This document shows positions 51,534-64,000 of a stretch of 64,000 bases of DNA, piece by piece. Both the position numbers and the translations under genes were made by a program. The notes under the pieces are model-generated. The model saw only the letters and a program-made list of their open reading frames with translations, had not been told where the DNA came from and made no database searches. The DNA lies in the NCBI GenBank assembly GCA_964016885.1, contig OZ024746.1, forward strand, positions 9,920,001-9,984,000, in the 5' to 3' direction. This DNA is from Eledone cirrhosa. Its lineage: Eukaryota. Position 1 is the first letter of the stretch; each line of letters begins with the position of its first letter.

Positions 51534-52437
51534 ATAGTGTTATTAAAAAAAGAGGGACAATTCTTTTTTGAAAATTTTTTTATGAAGTATATAAAGTGTA
51601 TGAAAAAATTACCGGTTTCGATGTATTAAAATCCATGTTGTCAAATTCAGTGAAAAAAGTTAATTAAAAAGGGAGTAAAAAAGGGTGTAATATGAGTGGC
51701 TAAATAATAATGCCCTAGGTACTGGTCAGCGATGTAAACACCACGAGAAATCAGTAACATATTAATGGATGGGAAAATACATCTTACACTATCTGATGAA
51801 AACATGCCAGGGGTTGTTATATAACCACTCTGACATATTTGAAAGATGTATAATGGAATTATGTAATAAAATGAAAATGTAAGAATAAAACCTTCTCGCT
51901 TATATATATATATTGTTATACTTGGGGAGGGTCATGTTGTTGTAATAATATTACCAGAATTAATAACAAAACACTCACTGTTTGGTTGGTTTTCGCTTCT
52001 GTATCTTTTATATCAGTTAATTTATTCGGTCCTCAATGTTTACCATTGACTGACCAACGATCAAAAATACAGATATAATATAGACACAAACACATATATA
52101 TAGTCTAACAAAATTCTTTCGTTGCACATCTACAACATCGTCAGTGGTGCTATTATGTTTCCTCCTGTTGTATTGTATGTCTACGCCATCTTTATTTAAT
52201 CTGTTTATTTATTTATTTATTTATTTTTGTCTTCTTCTATGCACATGGATTTGCGTGTGTGTATAGTGTTTGATGTGTGTTCGTGTTTGGATGACTGTGT
52301 TTTGGTTATTGTATTCTATCTTAGTTTACTAGTGTGTTTTTATATGCGTTTGTTGTTATTGTGATTGTGTATATATTTATTTATTTATTTATTTATTTAT
52401 ATTTCTCTCTCTCTATATATATATATATATTTATATT

Positions 52438-52527
<90 letters not shown>

Positions 52528-52714
52528 TTACGTCCGCTTTTCCCTGATTGCAAGAGTGGGCTCCCTTTTTTACTCCCTTTTTAATTAACTTTTTTCACTG
52601 AATTTGACAAGATGGATTTTAATACATCGAAACCAGTAATTTTTTCATACACTTTATATACTTCATAAAAAAAATTTTCAAAATAGAATTGTCCCTCTTT
52701 TTTTAATAACACTA
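51534..52714. repeat. ~150-bp inverted repeat (51534-51685 / 52563-52714), each arm carrying a decayed hammerhead; Penelope-like terminus remnant
   Basis: Arms are near-perfect reverse complements; motif GAAT-TTGACAA-GATG..CATC-GAAA-CCGG-TA-ATTT. Confidence 0.65.
51787..51858 (+). ncRNA. Minimal hammerhead motif with long stem II
   Basis: CTAT/ATGG stem I; CTGATGA; AAACATGCCAGGGGTTGTT-ATAT-AACCACTCTGACATATTT; GAAA-GATGTA-TA. Confidence 0.58.
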
Positions 52715-55071
52715 TATTTTCAATAATGTCACTTTGACGAATCAAAAAGAAAAACAGGCCCTTAAACATGTCTCCCGTGCTATTTCCAACTTCATCTTTT
52801 CTCTATATATATGTATATATATATTATATATATGAAAGCAGTTATGTAATTATATATATATTAAGTTGATGCATCTCAAGCAACATATTTTGTATGTATT
52901 GTGGGTTGTGTTGCTTTTTTTGTAGTGCGTGTGTTTCAAGGCAAGGTACTTCCTGAAATATTGAGTGCTTTATTTTGAATTTCTAAGCTTTGTTTTTATG
53001 AACACACAGGGTTATGAATATGTAGCATATATATATATATGATTTTTAATGGCGACATTACACACACACACGTATATACATATATATATGTGTGTGTGTG
53101 TATGTATATATATATACACACACATTTGTTTTTATGCATATATGTGTGTATGTGTTTGTAACATCTACCTTTAGAAGTATATATTTGTGTGTGTACACAA
53201 ATACTTTCATTAACACATGCCCACACACAATCCCGATTTTATGCTTGTTTTCATTGCAGACATTGTTTGCCTTCCTAATGCAGGAAAGATTATGAAAGTG
53301 TTGTTTCAGATGCCTCTATTTCTGCATCCAGTCCAATCAAGCATTAGCCATAAGAGAACCTCCAAATCAAAGCAAATAAACAGTATATTAAGTGATTCAC
53401 AACATTTCATATGGGAGTTAATATCCTGCATAACACCTTGTAACAATTTGGGGGATTATATCTGCTGGAAAAGTTTTACTGCTGAATAGAAAATGGGTAA
53501 TTTCCATCTGTATAAGGAACTTTATTATTAGATTACTAAAATCAAAGAGCAACAATTGCTTTCTATTTGCTTCGAGTCTTGGTGAAAATTCAACTGCATA
53601 AAATTCAGACTCTGCGAGAAAAAGATGACAACTATAAGTGGAGAAACTATAAATATCTAAGCAGTTTGAACTCCTACATACAATGATATCATTTCTTGTT
53701 ATTATTGAAACAATATGCAATAAATGGATCTCTATAAGTTTTCATAAGGTGTGTTCCAGTTCTTAGATCAACTGAACTACCTTTTCATTGAATTAACATG
53801 GAAGTGGCTGAGTATTCCCCAGATATGTGTACACTTAACCCTTTCACAACTGCATTTCTAATGAAATATACTCTATTTCAATTAATGAATGAAGAATTTT
53901 GAAGGATTTGCTAAAAATATTAATTATTTAATTACTAAGATAATAACTTAATATAAGGTTCTTACATAAAATTATGCTGGAAGATTTTTATTTAAATTGC
54001 AAACCTTTAAAATGATGGTTTTATTTCTGACTGGCTCTCACCTGCTTTCTACATCTCCACTTTTACTCACAAGGCTTGGATTGTCCTGAGACTATAGTGA
54101 AAGACATTTGCCCAAGATGCAATATAGTGGAATCATTCATGATTACATTCATGATTACAAAGCAAACATCCTAACTATTTGGCTATGTCTACATCCATAA
54201 CTATATATAAATACATAGACAGACAGATATATACATTGCTGTAACTACTCTTCTATACAACATCTAACTTCAGAAGAGACAGATTTAGAGGATTAGGCAG
54301 ATGTCGCATAAAGAAATAAGAGCAAAGTTATTTTAGTTCTGATATACTTACTGAAATGTTGAAAGCTTCAATCTGAGACTAAGATTAGTATTAAGATTGT
54401 GTTAGAAAGAATTATCCCTAGTCGTCTGAAGTAATATACTGAGCTATTTATAAGGGAGATAACTGTAATATTCTTTCAAAATATTTTTTCAAAAATGGAG
54501 GACACATTAGATAATGCAGTTTTAGATTATGTCTGAGAAAGAGAGGAGATGGTCAAAGCTGGTATGTCTATCAGTTAGTTACACTGAGATCAGTCCATCA
54601 GTGTCATCTTCAGTTTTGGGTCAGATTCCAGGCTAGTTCCCTGCTTGGAGTTGTTAATGTACATGACATGACATCTACCACACTTTCCTAATATGTACCA
54701 TGGATCTCATACAACAATATTTGAGGCTTCTTTTTCTGGATATAATACCCAATGTTCTCTGATCTTCTCAATATTGAGAGGTTTCCATACAGGCTACTTT
54801 ATCATGTACTCCTACCACTTCATATCATGGAACATACATAACATCCTTCTGTTAAAATCATCAAAACATATTTCTGTTCATTTTGCAAGATTCCATGTCT
54901 CAATAACATAGATCAACTCAGAAAAGTCTGATCTGAGTCTACACCTAATCAAGAATACCAAATCATTCTACATAGAAATTTTTTGCCTGAACAAGGTTAA
55001 CTGATTCCCATTCCTGTTATGTTGTTGACACTAACATAACTAAATGAAGAATAACTTGTTAGTGTTATTAG

Positions 55072-55233
55072 GGTTGGATGCCATGCTTTCCAGCATAGTT
55101 ACATCCCTTTACGACCTGAGTTCAAATCCCGCCGAGGTTAACTTTGCCTTTCATCCTTACGGGGTCGATAAAATAAAGTACCAGTAATGCACTGGGTAAT
55201 TGCTGGCCTTGTGCCTAAAGTAGAAACAGTTAT
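55072..55233 (+). mobile_element. Nin/Deu-like SINE, head partly lost
   Basis: Near-identical to 17810-17973. Confidence 0.82.
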
Positions 55234-57226
55234 TATATGAGACTTAAAATAAGGTAAAATTCATTTATATACTCAGTGAAGTATTCAAGGTTTATTTCCA
55301 ACTCAAAATACCATACTAATATTCTTTTCTTCCCTTCTTCTTACTCATTAATCCACTGACCCCTCACTCATGTCATATATTATACCCACCCCGAGGCATC
55401 TGACTGAAAATCACTGAGAAAATTATAGTTGTCAATTGAACCTGTGAACAGGATAATAAATATGCAAAATTCAAAAAAATGTCAGCAATACCTCTCCATA
55501 GAAGTCAGGTTGTAAAATGTTGTGAAACAATTGCTGATTCATGCAGAAAGCTTGTAAATAACAGTAGTAAACAAATGCACAGCAGAATGGTCCAAAGCAT
55601 TAAAACCAACACAAAAACAGTTTTATTGTGAATGTCCATTGGAACTTCTCTATATCAATTAATGGTTTAATACTCTTCACAGAATTGATGTTGGTGTTGT
55701 TTAGCTTCAGATCATTTCTGAACCTGCAGAACTAGGATAAAAGATATTCTATTCCAGTCATGATCATACCATCCTTTTGAATATCAGGGTCTTTTTCCTT
55801 TATTTTAACACAATTGTGTGTGGTTTAAGAGGAATTTTGTTGCTATTTTTAGCACATCTTAGTCACATCTAATTTTGTATAGAGGTTCCGTTGTTAACTC
55901 ATCAACATAGAGTTCATTCAAAATCTACAAAGTAAATTTGATATGTGTAAAGTTGTGGTTTATTGAAAAGGTCTGAAATTCGATATTGTTAAGTCAGTAT
56001 GAACAAAAGCGGAAATAGGGTTTCAGGTAAACTGACAACAAATTAATTCTATGAACAGCCATGGTTTGAAGATAATGGTTTTCCATTCAAATACTTTATT
56101 GAAATTATTATTAGATCATTCCTCTTAACTGTGCAACAGGTATGAATATATATAAGGAACTGAGAAAAGCTTTGATAAATGTCACTTTGGGGGCTGTAAA
56201 TGCATTATCTTTATCTTTATATATATATGTATGTGTGTGTATATATACATACATATATATATACACACATATCTATCTATTTATTTCTATCTCTCTCTCT
56301 CTATATATATATATATGTAAGATGATCATTTTATATAACCCATGTATTCAATTTGTTAGGCTATGTGATAGCAAATTGCAGGCTATAAAATCCAGATATA
56401 TCAATGTTAATATATAAAAGTGAATATATAAAGTATGTTCTAAGTTGAAGGCAACAGTTTTGTGGCTGCCTGGCTGAAATTTTGCATAGGGTCACATCTT
56501 TTCAAGAAGTTTATAGACTATGTAACTTTCCTGAAATTCTTTTTATCTCCAGGCAGAAAAAAAAACTAATAAACATTGAAAAAGGCTATTGATTAGACTA
56601 ACAATTAATTTAAAGTAATTATGTAAATTAATATATTTTGAAAAAATTCCCATTTTTTTAAGAAAATAAAAATCTAATAGTAAAATTTCATTTTTCTGTG
56701 TTTTTTTTTTTTTTTGCTTTTGTTGTTGCCTTTTTGTTTGTTGCGTTTTTATTTGTGCATTTTTATGAAACTGAAATTAAACCATCTTTTGGATTGCTTG
56801 AATGTAACAATTCTGAATGAATTAACATTCTTAGATGAACTGAAGTTTGTCAGCATATTTTTGAAGTAATTTATCCAAAATATAATGAATCCATGTAATA
56901 TTTATTGCAGTTATTAATGAAACTAGGCAAAGCCAGGTATGGCTGCTAATAATTAAAAGAATGTTTTAACAGTTCTTTTTGAGAATGATTTTTATAAATA
57001 ACTCAAAAGTCCAACTAATTTTATTTTTATATAAAAAGGTAAATCAGAAGATTGAATTTCTCCAAACTAATGTTATAAAGCAAAAAAAAAAATATTTGTG
57101 TAATTTGAAAACGTGATACACTATCGGTGGAGTTGTTGACATTCCAGATATTTCTGACGAGTTTATTGTGTAGATTTTGGCAGACAGACATTCTAACTTG
57201 TTTGTAATATTAACTGTCCATTTCAG

Positions 57227-57347
57227 GAAGATGAGAAAAAAAGAGAAAAAGAAAAGAAAATTACTGAAAATAATAATAATGAGGAAGTGAAGGAGTCTCT
57301 GCAAATGAATGAGTGTGAAATTCATGAAAAAAATAATCAAGAAAAAG
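57227..57347 (+). CDS. Probable next Cav3 exon (start of the charged II-III cytoplasmic linker)
   Basis: Branch-like ttCTAAC at ~57193, acceptor ccatttcAG| and donor |GTaatt. The open phase-0 frame EDEKKREKEKKITENNNNEEVKESLQMNECEIHEKNNQEK continues in frame from ...GFSTE. Purine-rich island within T-rich intron; low complexity limits certainty. Confidence 0.65.
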
Positions 57348-58295
57348 GTAATTTTTGTGTTTTGTTTTATTTTGTTTTGTTTTATTTTATTTTTATTTTC
57401 TTATTTTTCATCCACAAAGTGTCACAGAAATCTAATTATCATATATGTATTACATGGTAGAACTACCTTTTATTGGTCACTTTTTTCTCTCTCTCTAATT
57501 CAGGGGTCATTTCTTTCACTGATACACAGACAACTTTTGTTTTTCTCTCTCTTTCTCCCCCCATCCTCTCTCTCTAACTATCTATCCTAAAAATCATAAT
57601 ATAAATAGCAGTAATGATTGAAGTAATTATTTTCTTTATTGAAGCACACTCAAATCTCATTTAACTTCTTTTTTTATTATTCTCTGCATTAACTTTACAG
57701 ACAGTTTGCAATATGTTCCTTCAAAAGCTAACTCTAATATTCAAACAAAACACAAACAATTCTTATTTTATTCCTTTTACAATGTATTCTAAAAAGAGAA
57801 ATCAAAGTTAGTGCAAATGCACTTTATATTGATATCATAATTTAATTTTCTTTAGATAGGCTATATATATATATATATATATATATATAGCCTCTGTATA
57901 TATGTGTGAGTGTGTGGGTGGGTGTTTGCATCTTATCTAGGCGTAAGATCCATTTCTTCTCAAGATAATATATACATACAATCAATTGATTCCAGTTCTG
58001 TATATTGCAAAACACTTGGTTTATTAAGTTTTATGAAGCTGAAAGGCAAAATCATTTTGTTGTTGCTTAGCCCCAAGTAATCCTGATTGAAGGCATTCCA
58101 TCTGTTGACATCATGCCCTATTCCCAAACAGAACTTCTTCATGAAAACATTATGCAATATGTCCTTTTTTAAGTCAGAAGAGTGTGATTTGTTGTAGATT
58201 TAGCTGGTATTTCTAGCATTTTCAAATATCACATAGAAGCACTACTTCATCCTCCAGATAGTACTTTAAGTTAGAAATATACATATCTATATACA

Positions 58296-58417
58296 CTGGA
58301 GCAATGTGAAATGAAGTGTTTTGCTCAAGAACACAACACACACCCAGTCCAGGAATCAAACCACACAACATTATGATCGTAAGTACAACACCCTTACCAC
58401 TGGCCTCATGCCTTCAC
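58296..58417 (-). mobile_element. tRNA/CORE-like SINE head fragment
   Basis: Similar to 16442-16563. Confidence 0.7.
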
Positions 58418-61400
58418 AAGTAGAACAGTAAATATAATTATTTATAATTATTTTAATAATATAATTAATTAGTTATATGTGTTGTTGTACAGTAGATATA
58501 ATTAATTAATTATATTATTAAAGTAATTATCAGTGTTGGAAGAACTGTTAAGGCTTTGGAAAAATACCTTGAAGTTATTTGTTCTGGCTTTGTATATTCT
58601 GAGTTTAAATCCTGCTGGGGTCAACGTTTTCTTTTACCTTTGTGGGATCGAGAAAGTGGGGCACTAATCAAGCACTGGATTCAATATAATCGATCTATAC
58701 CTTCTATTAAATACAGTTATTGGTCTTGTGTCTAATTTAGAATGAAACGATTCTAAATCTTGAAGATGGAAAGAGAAAGAAAAAGAAAGTGAAAAAAATT
58801 AGTTTACATCGCAATTTTTAAGATCGAGATAGTAATAATTGTAAATCACATTTGAATTATGGCTGATTAGTTTTGATAAGCCTGATTGAAACAAGGTGTG
58901 AATATTCATCATATGCCATGTCAAAAGACAGATTTTCACATTTCATAAATTAATTCATTTTCCTTTTACTTTTTTTTTTTTGTTTCTCATATTTTGTTCA
59001 TTGTTAGAATCTGTTGAGTATTGAGAAAAATGACTCACAATATTTAGTTACAGGTTGCAGGCATGGTTGAGGGGTCAAAAAGGCTTGCTTTACAATCATG
59101 GAGTTCTGAGTTTGATCCCACTGCTTGGCATCTAGGACAAATGCGTTTACTATAGCTTCAGATAAACTTAAGTCTTGCAAGTGAAATTATGTAAACAGAA
59201 TCTGTATAAATGCCTGTTGGGTGGTTTGTACCTACAATTCAAATGTCCAGTTTTACTGACTCGTTTGGTAATTATGTTAAAGGTACACATATCTGTGGAA
59301 TATTCAACCACTTACATGTTACTTCATAAGTTGATTAAACAACTGAATGCTCATTATGAAAACCAATGGAGGATTTATATCCACAGTTCTTTAATAATTT
59401 CTGAGTTTAAATGTCACCTAAGTTGACCTAATAATTTATCCCTTGGTGGTCAATAAAATAGGAACCAGTTTAATACAATATATATCTGTTATCGAAAGAC
59501 CAATCAATTATCACTAGTGATCAGCACTTGTACATGGACTTAATAAATAATGATTAAATGAATTCAAATTTCACCTAAGTTGATCTTGTATTTTATCCCT
59601 GAGGGATCAATAAATTGACTCTAGTTCTCAGCATTTTGTACCTGGGCTAAATAAATAATGAAATCAATTAATATCAAGAATTTAAACTTCATATCATTAG
59701 TAGAGATATTTGATAAAGATATTTATATTTCAGTCTTCATAATATTGAGGGCAAATTTATGTTGCATTTAATTATAAAAATGATTTGTAGTTTGGTAGAT
59801 TGCAATTGAAGAAATCCGAAATTGATATTATGAAAAGAAACAAATTATCAATAAATTTGAAATTTAGAAATTAGGTAAAGTGCTTCTTTGTATATCAGAA
59901 TAATTAATGCAGATATTTGATAAATCTTTTCCTATTATTTACATATTAATATTTGATAATAAAGCTATTACTTAGTTATAATTGTTAAAGGTATACATAA
60001 TCATAATCATTTTATGTCAACTTTCCGTTCTTGCATGGGTTGGACAGGTTGAGCAGACACCATTTTACACATATATTCTATTTTTGGAATGGTTTCTACA
60101 GCTAAATGCATTAATGTCTACTTTCCCTGCTAGCAAGAGTTGGACGGGGCCACATAGACCAAGTCAGTACAGAAGCAGGGCTACTGAACTCCCAGACAGG
60201 CCAGGGATATGCATATTGCTTTCGTACAGTTTCATGTTCTACCAAGTGCACAGGAGAGGTTGTCTTTGGCACAACTGAAGGGTCCTCACAACCATATATA
60301 TATAAATTATAAAGTATTGGTAGGAAAATCTGCTTCAAAAAACTGTTGTCAAACCCATGCCAGCCAATGCAAATATATATATATATATATAAATGTAAAT
60401 GTGGTTGGTGTTAGGAAGGGCATCCAGCCGTAGAAAAGCTGCCAGATAGTCCTATATGAGCGAGACACGGTCAGCCGACCAACCTTGCCTCAAGTGGGAC
60501 AACTCCTGTCTAGCCCATGCTAGCGTGGAAGATGGACGTTAAACAAAGATGATGATGATGATGATATATATATATATATGGATGATGTATTAATTCTAAT
60601 GTTGATGAAAAGATTCGATACTTGTAGCAAAGACAAATCTATTATATATTATTGTTTAACTGGGACTCCAAGTTTTGCTTTTATCAATTTATTCAACTAG
60701 TCAATCAAAATTGTAGGAATAAAAAATATTTTATTTTATTTTGGCTTCTTATAACATAACATAATATAACATAATATGCTACAGAAATTTACTTCAAGGC
60801 TATGTTAAAATATAAATCCTATAAATGGAACGATATACCATATGCAGACAAAATGCTGAAAACAAATGCTGACAAGGCAAAATATCAATGGTCAAATTGC
60901 TAACAGTTTTTTTATGAGTAAAAATAATTTTTAAAACATTTTTTTTAAACTGAAGCAATTTATTAAATAGAAGGTTGCCAAAAATGTGTTTTTATTAAAA
61001 AACAAATTAATAAATATATTTCTTTTTAAGCTAAAAAAAAGAACTTCACCAGAAATAATTTATTTCAAATTTAAAGTAATTTATCAAATCGAACTTATAA
61101 TTTGCAAATCATTACCTTAAGAAAAACACAGCACCTGTCGAATTAGAAGTTGTACCTTTAATATCATCAACTTTGATATGCTTTTTTATTTATTCATATT
61201 GCATTAGTTAGATTTTCTTGTCTGTATTATGACTGTTGGCATTTTATCTGAACACCCAGTATATATTCAATCATAATCATCATCATCATTTATGTATTTA
61301 TACTTTTCCATGTTTTCCATGCTAGCATGGATTGCACAAGACATTTTGAAGCAGCATTCTATGACTAAATTCCCCTCATGATACCAACACATGCTTATTT

Positions 61401-63039
61401 TCTTGTGTATGTATATATATATATATTTATTTATATATATATATAGTGCTTTATCAACTGATCTTCTTCCACTGAGTTGTGGGACATATTGTTTATGTTG
61501 GACATAAACATACATCACCCACTTCCCAAATAGCATCAGTTTGAGGACATTTGAGGACATTTCTTCTCAAGTAAAATAACAGCTTTATACTTGAAAACTG
61601 TTCTTAATCGTTCTTTTTATAGACAGTTTTCATGTCTGTTTTAAAATAATAAACGAAATGAAATGAAACAAGACAATCCTAAGAAAAGAAAAAATTAATA
61701 TAATATAGTATAGGTAATATGAAGTATTGTGAGATGTCATGTTATAATCGATTAAGGACTTCCAAAAGGTGGTACAATGTGGTAGAAATATATAAAGGGC
61801 AAACGATGACAAATAAAACAAAAGAAAGTAATGTTTTTACTCAGTATATTTCAACATAATATTTCAGAGTTAGTAATCTTTTTTAAATGCAAAACAAAAA
61901 CGATATAAAACAAAAATGAACGATGTTTACAGCATCCAGAGTTGAAACCAAAGTTCTAGTATCAATCAAAATAAACAATTCTTATTCTTCTATATCATTC
62001 ATTTATCCCACACATATTTTAGACTTTTTTATATTATTTTATAGTTCTCTGTTTCTATTTTCTTTCTCTTTATAACTCCTTCCCTTACCACAACCACTCC
62101 AATCACCATTATTTTTATGTCGTTCATTTTGTGACACTTCATTACAGACATCTCCTCTCCACATGTTTTCCTCTTAGAATGAAATGATATTTTTTCTATA
62201 ACAGAACTACTTAAATTTCAAGAAACCTTTATTTTAATAACAAGATCTCCTATTCTTTTTCATCGAATATTTAATTAATATTGGCATGTTTAATTTGAAG
62301 TTAATATAGTTTTTATTGTTACCAATATGATACTTTTGTTGGTTTGCTTTTGTTTTTTTTTGTCGTTGTTGATTTTTGTTTTCTAAAAAAATCAACAAAA
62401 GTGAAAAATAGAGAAACCAATAATGAATTTTCTAGAAGAAAGTTAATTACTAAGTTCCTGGTTTATTTATTTTCTAAATTAATGAAGAAATAATCATGTA
62501 ACAACCTTTTCCAGATTAAATTGAGAAAAGGTTAAAAAACAAACCTCAGTTAAACTATTTATTGAATTGTTTATTTATTGATTTCGATATTTTTGATATT
62601 TTTGGGGGGATTCTTGTTTGTTTTTGTTCTTGGTTTGTTTTATAGTTAATTATTGTTTTGAAAGTCTTATATGGACATACATAATAACAAAACAGTGAAA
62701 TGAAAAGACACAAGAAAGTAAATTACATCATTAGCAAAGCTACTGACAGTCTATCTCATGTATATAACAAAGAATTATGAAAGCCACAATGTTAACCATA
62801 TGTTAAACAAAGAATTATAAAATATTAGATGTGAAATCCAGAAGGAGAAGATTTAAAACCTTGAAAACATTTGTAAAACTACTTAGGTCAGCCAATGATG
62901 ACACTATAAGTCACTTCCATAAAACTAGAGCTTCAACAAACTTCATCACTTCTGCATTAGATTTAAACTTAAGGTTGATTATTTTGCAATCCCACTCTTT
63001 GTGAAATTGTATGCATAGTATGTGCACATGCACATGCAT

Positions 63040-63660
63040 ATACAAGCTTGCATGCTCCGATAGTTGTGTAATAATGATAAACGTGAACAGCAAAGCATAA
63101 ATGAAGAGAGAGAGAAACTGGGCATAAGAGAAATCAGATGCAATGTGCAGGAGAGGAGATTGCGTTGGTATGGACATGTAATACATATGAAGAATGACAG
63201 CTGTATAAAAAGGTGCAGAGCATTCAAAATCAATGGAAGCCTTGGAGTGAGGAGAACCAGGAAGACTTGGGACGAGGTGATAAAAGATAACCTTGCCAAA
63301 CTGCACCTCTCAAAGATGATGACACAGGACCAAAATATCTGGTATTATGCAGTAATACAGAACATCCACCTTGCTACGGGCACAAGCTGAAACATATATA
63401 TAGTATGCACTACCCCACCCCACCCATACATCTCATGAGGACAGACTGAAGTATATCCAGTGAAGCCTCCAACCTACACTATAAAGTGGTTGTGATGGCA
63501 ACACAGCAAAAAGTACCCAGCCCACATTGTAAAGTGATCATGTAGGTGTCATGACAAAAAGCACCTAGTCCATACTGCAAAGTGGCCATGTAGGCATCAC
63601 AACAAAAAGCACCCAGTCCACTCTGTAAAGTGGTTGTGTAGGCATCACAACAAAAAGGAT
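63040..63660 (+). mobile_element. Older diverged RTE family A-like 3' fragment with ~4 copies of the ~48-bp UTR unit
   Basis: CNVQERRLRWYGHVIHMKNDSCIKRC...KTWDEVIK, followed by repeated aaagtgg...aaaaagcacccagcccacactgt units. Confidence 0.85.
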
Positions 63661-64000
63661 TAACCAATGGGTTGTGAGTAAAATTTGATCAACAGAAAAT
63701 GTACAGAAGCCCATCATATGTGGGGTGGGTCATGAATAGCAATGGCTATTTTTAGAAATAATGGTTAGAATAGACAAAAATGTTGATTTGATTAAGTATA
63801 AGACTATTTCTTTAGAGTAAAATGCTGACACCCCTGGCCTGTCTAGGGTGTCAGTAGCCCTGCGTCAGTACTGACTTGGTCTATGTCGACTGCTAGCTGG
63901 GTAGGTGGATGTTATATGATGATGATAATGATTCCTGAAGTAGATTGTAAGAAACTGATCTATTTAATATGATCTGACTGAATGTTATATTTCTGTTCAG

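Overview
AT-rich, microsatellite-dense animal genomic DNA, most likely an octopus or other coleoid cephalopod. That assignment is inferred from the SINE/LINE families and the (TA)n/(CA)n/(CAT)n density. The window is almost entirely intron of a + strand T-type voltage-gated calcium channel gene (Cav3, CACNA1G/H/I-like). One unambiguous exon (36407-36562, domain II pore loop + IIS6) and one probable next exon (57227-57347, II-III linker) are visible. The introns hold two young RTE LINE families (one with an uninterrupted 1000-codon EN-RT frame), a decayed CR1-like LINE, Nin/Deu-like and CORE-like tRNA SINEs, small DNA-transposon MITEs and a 26-bp pyrimidine minisatellite. Most short ORFs in the track are microsatellite or antisense artefacts. 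The main unannotated signal is about ten intact or decayed minimal type-I hammerhead ribozyme motifs of the kind carried by Penelope-like elements. They have palindromic loop III, most sit in short fragments beside (TA)n runs and some are arranged as inverted pairs. One family has an extra core nucleotide (CUGAAUGA). Other signals are a LINE/SINE module swap, many (TA)n-associated fold-back palindromes, and a telomeric-repeat patch inside a SINE. All structures were paired by eye, and repeat boundaries are approximate.
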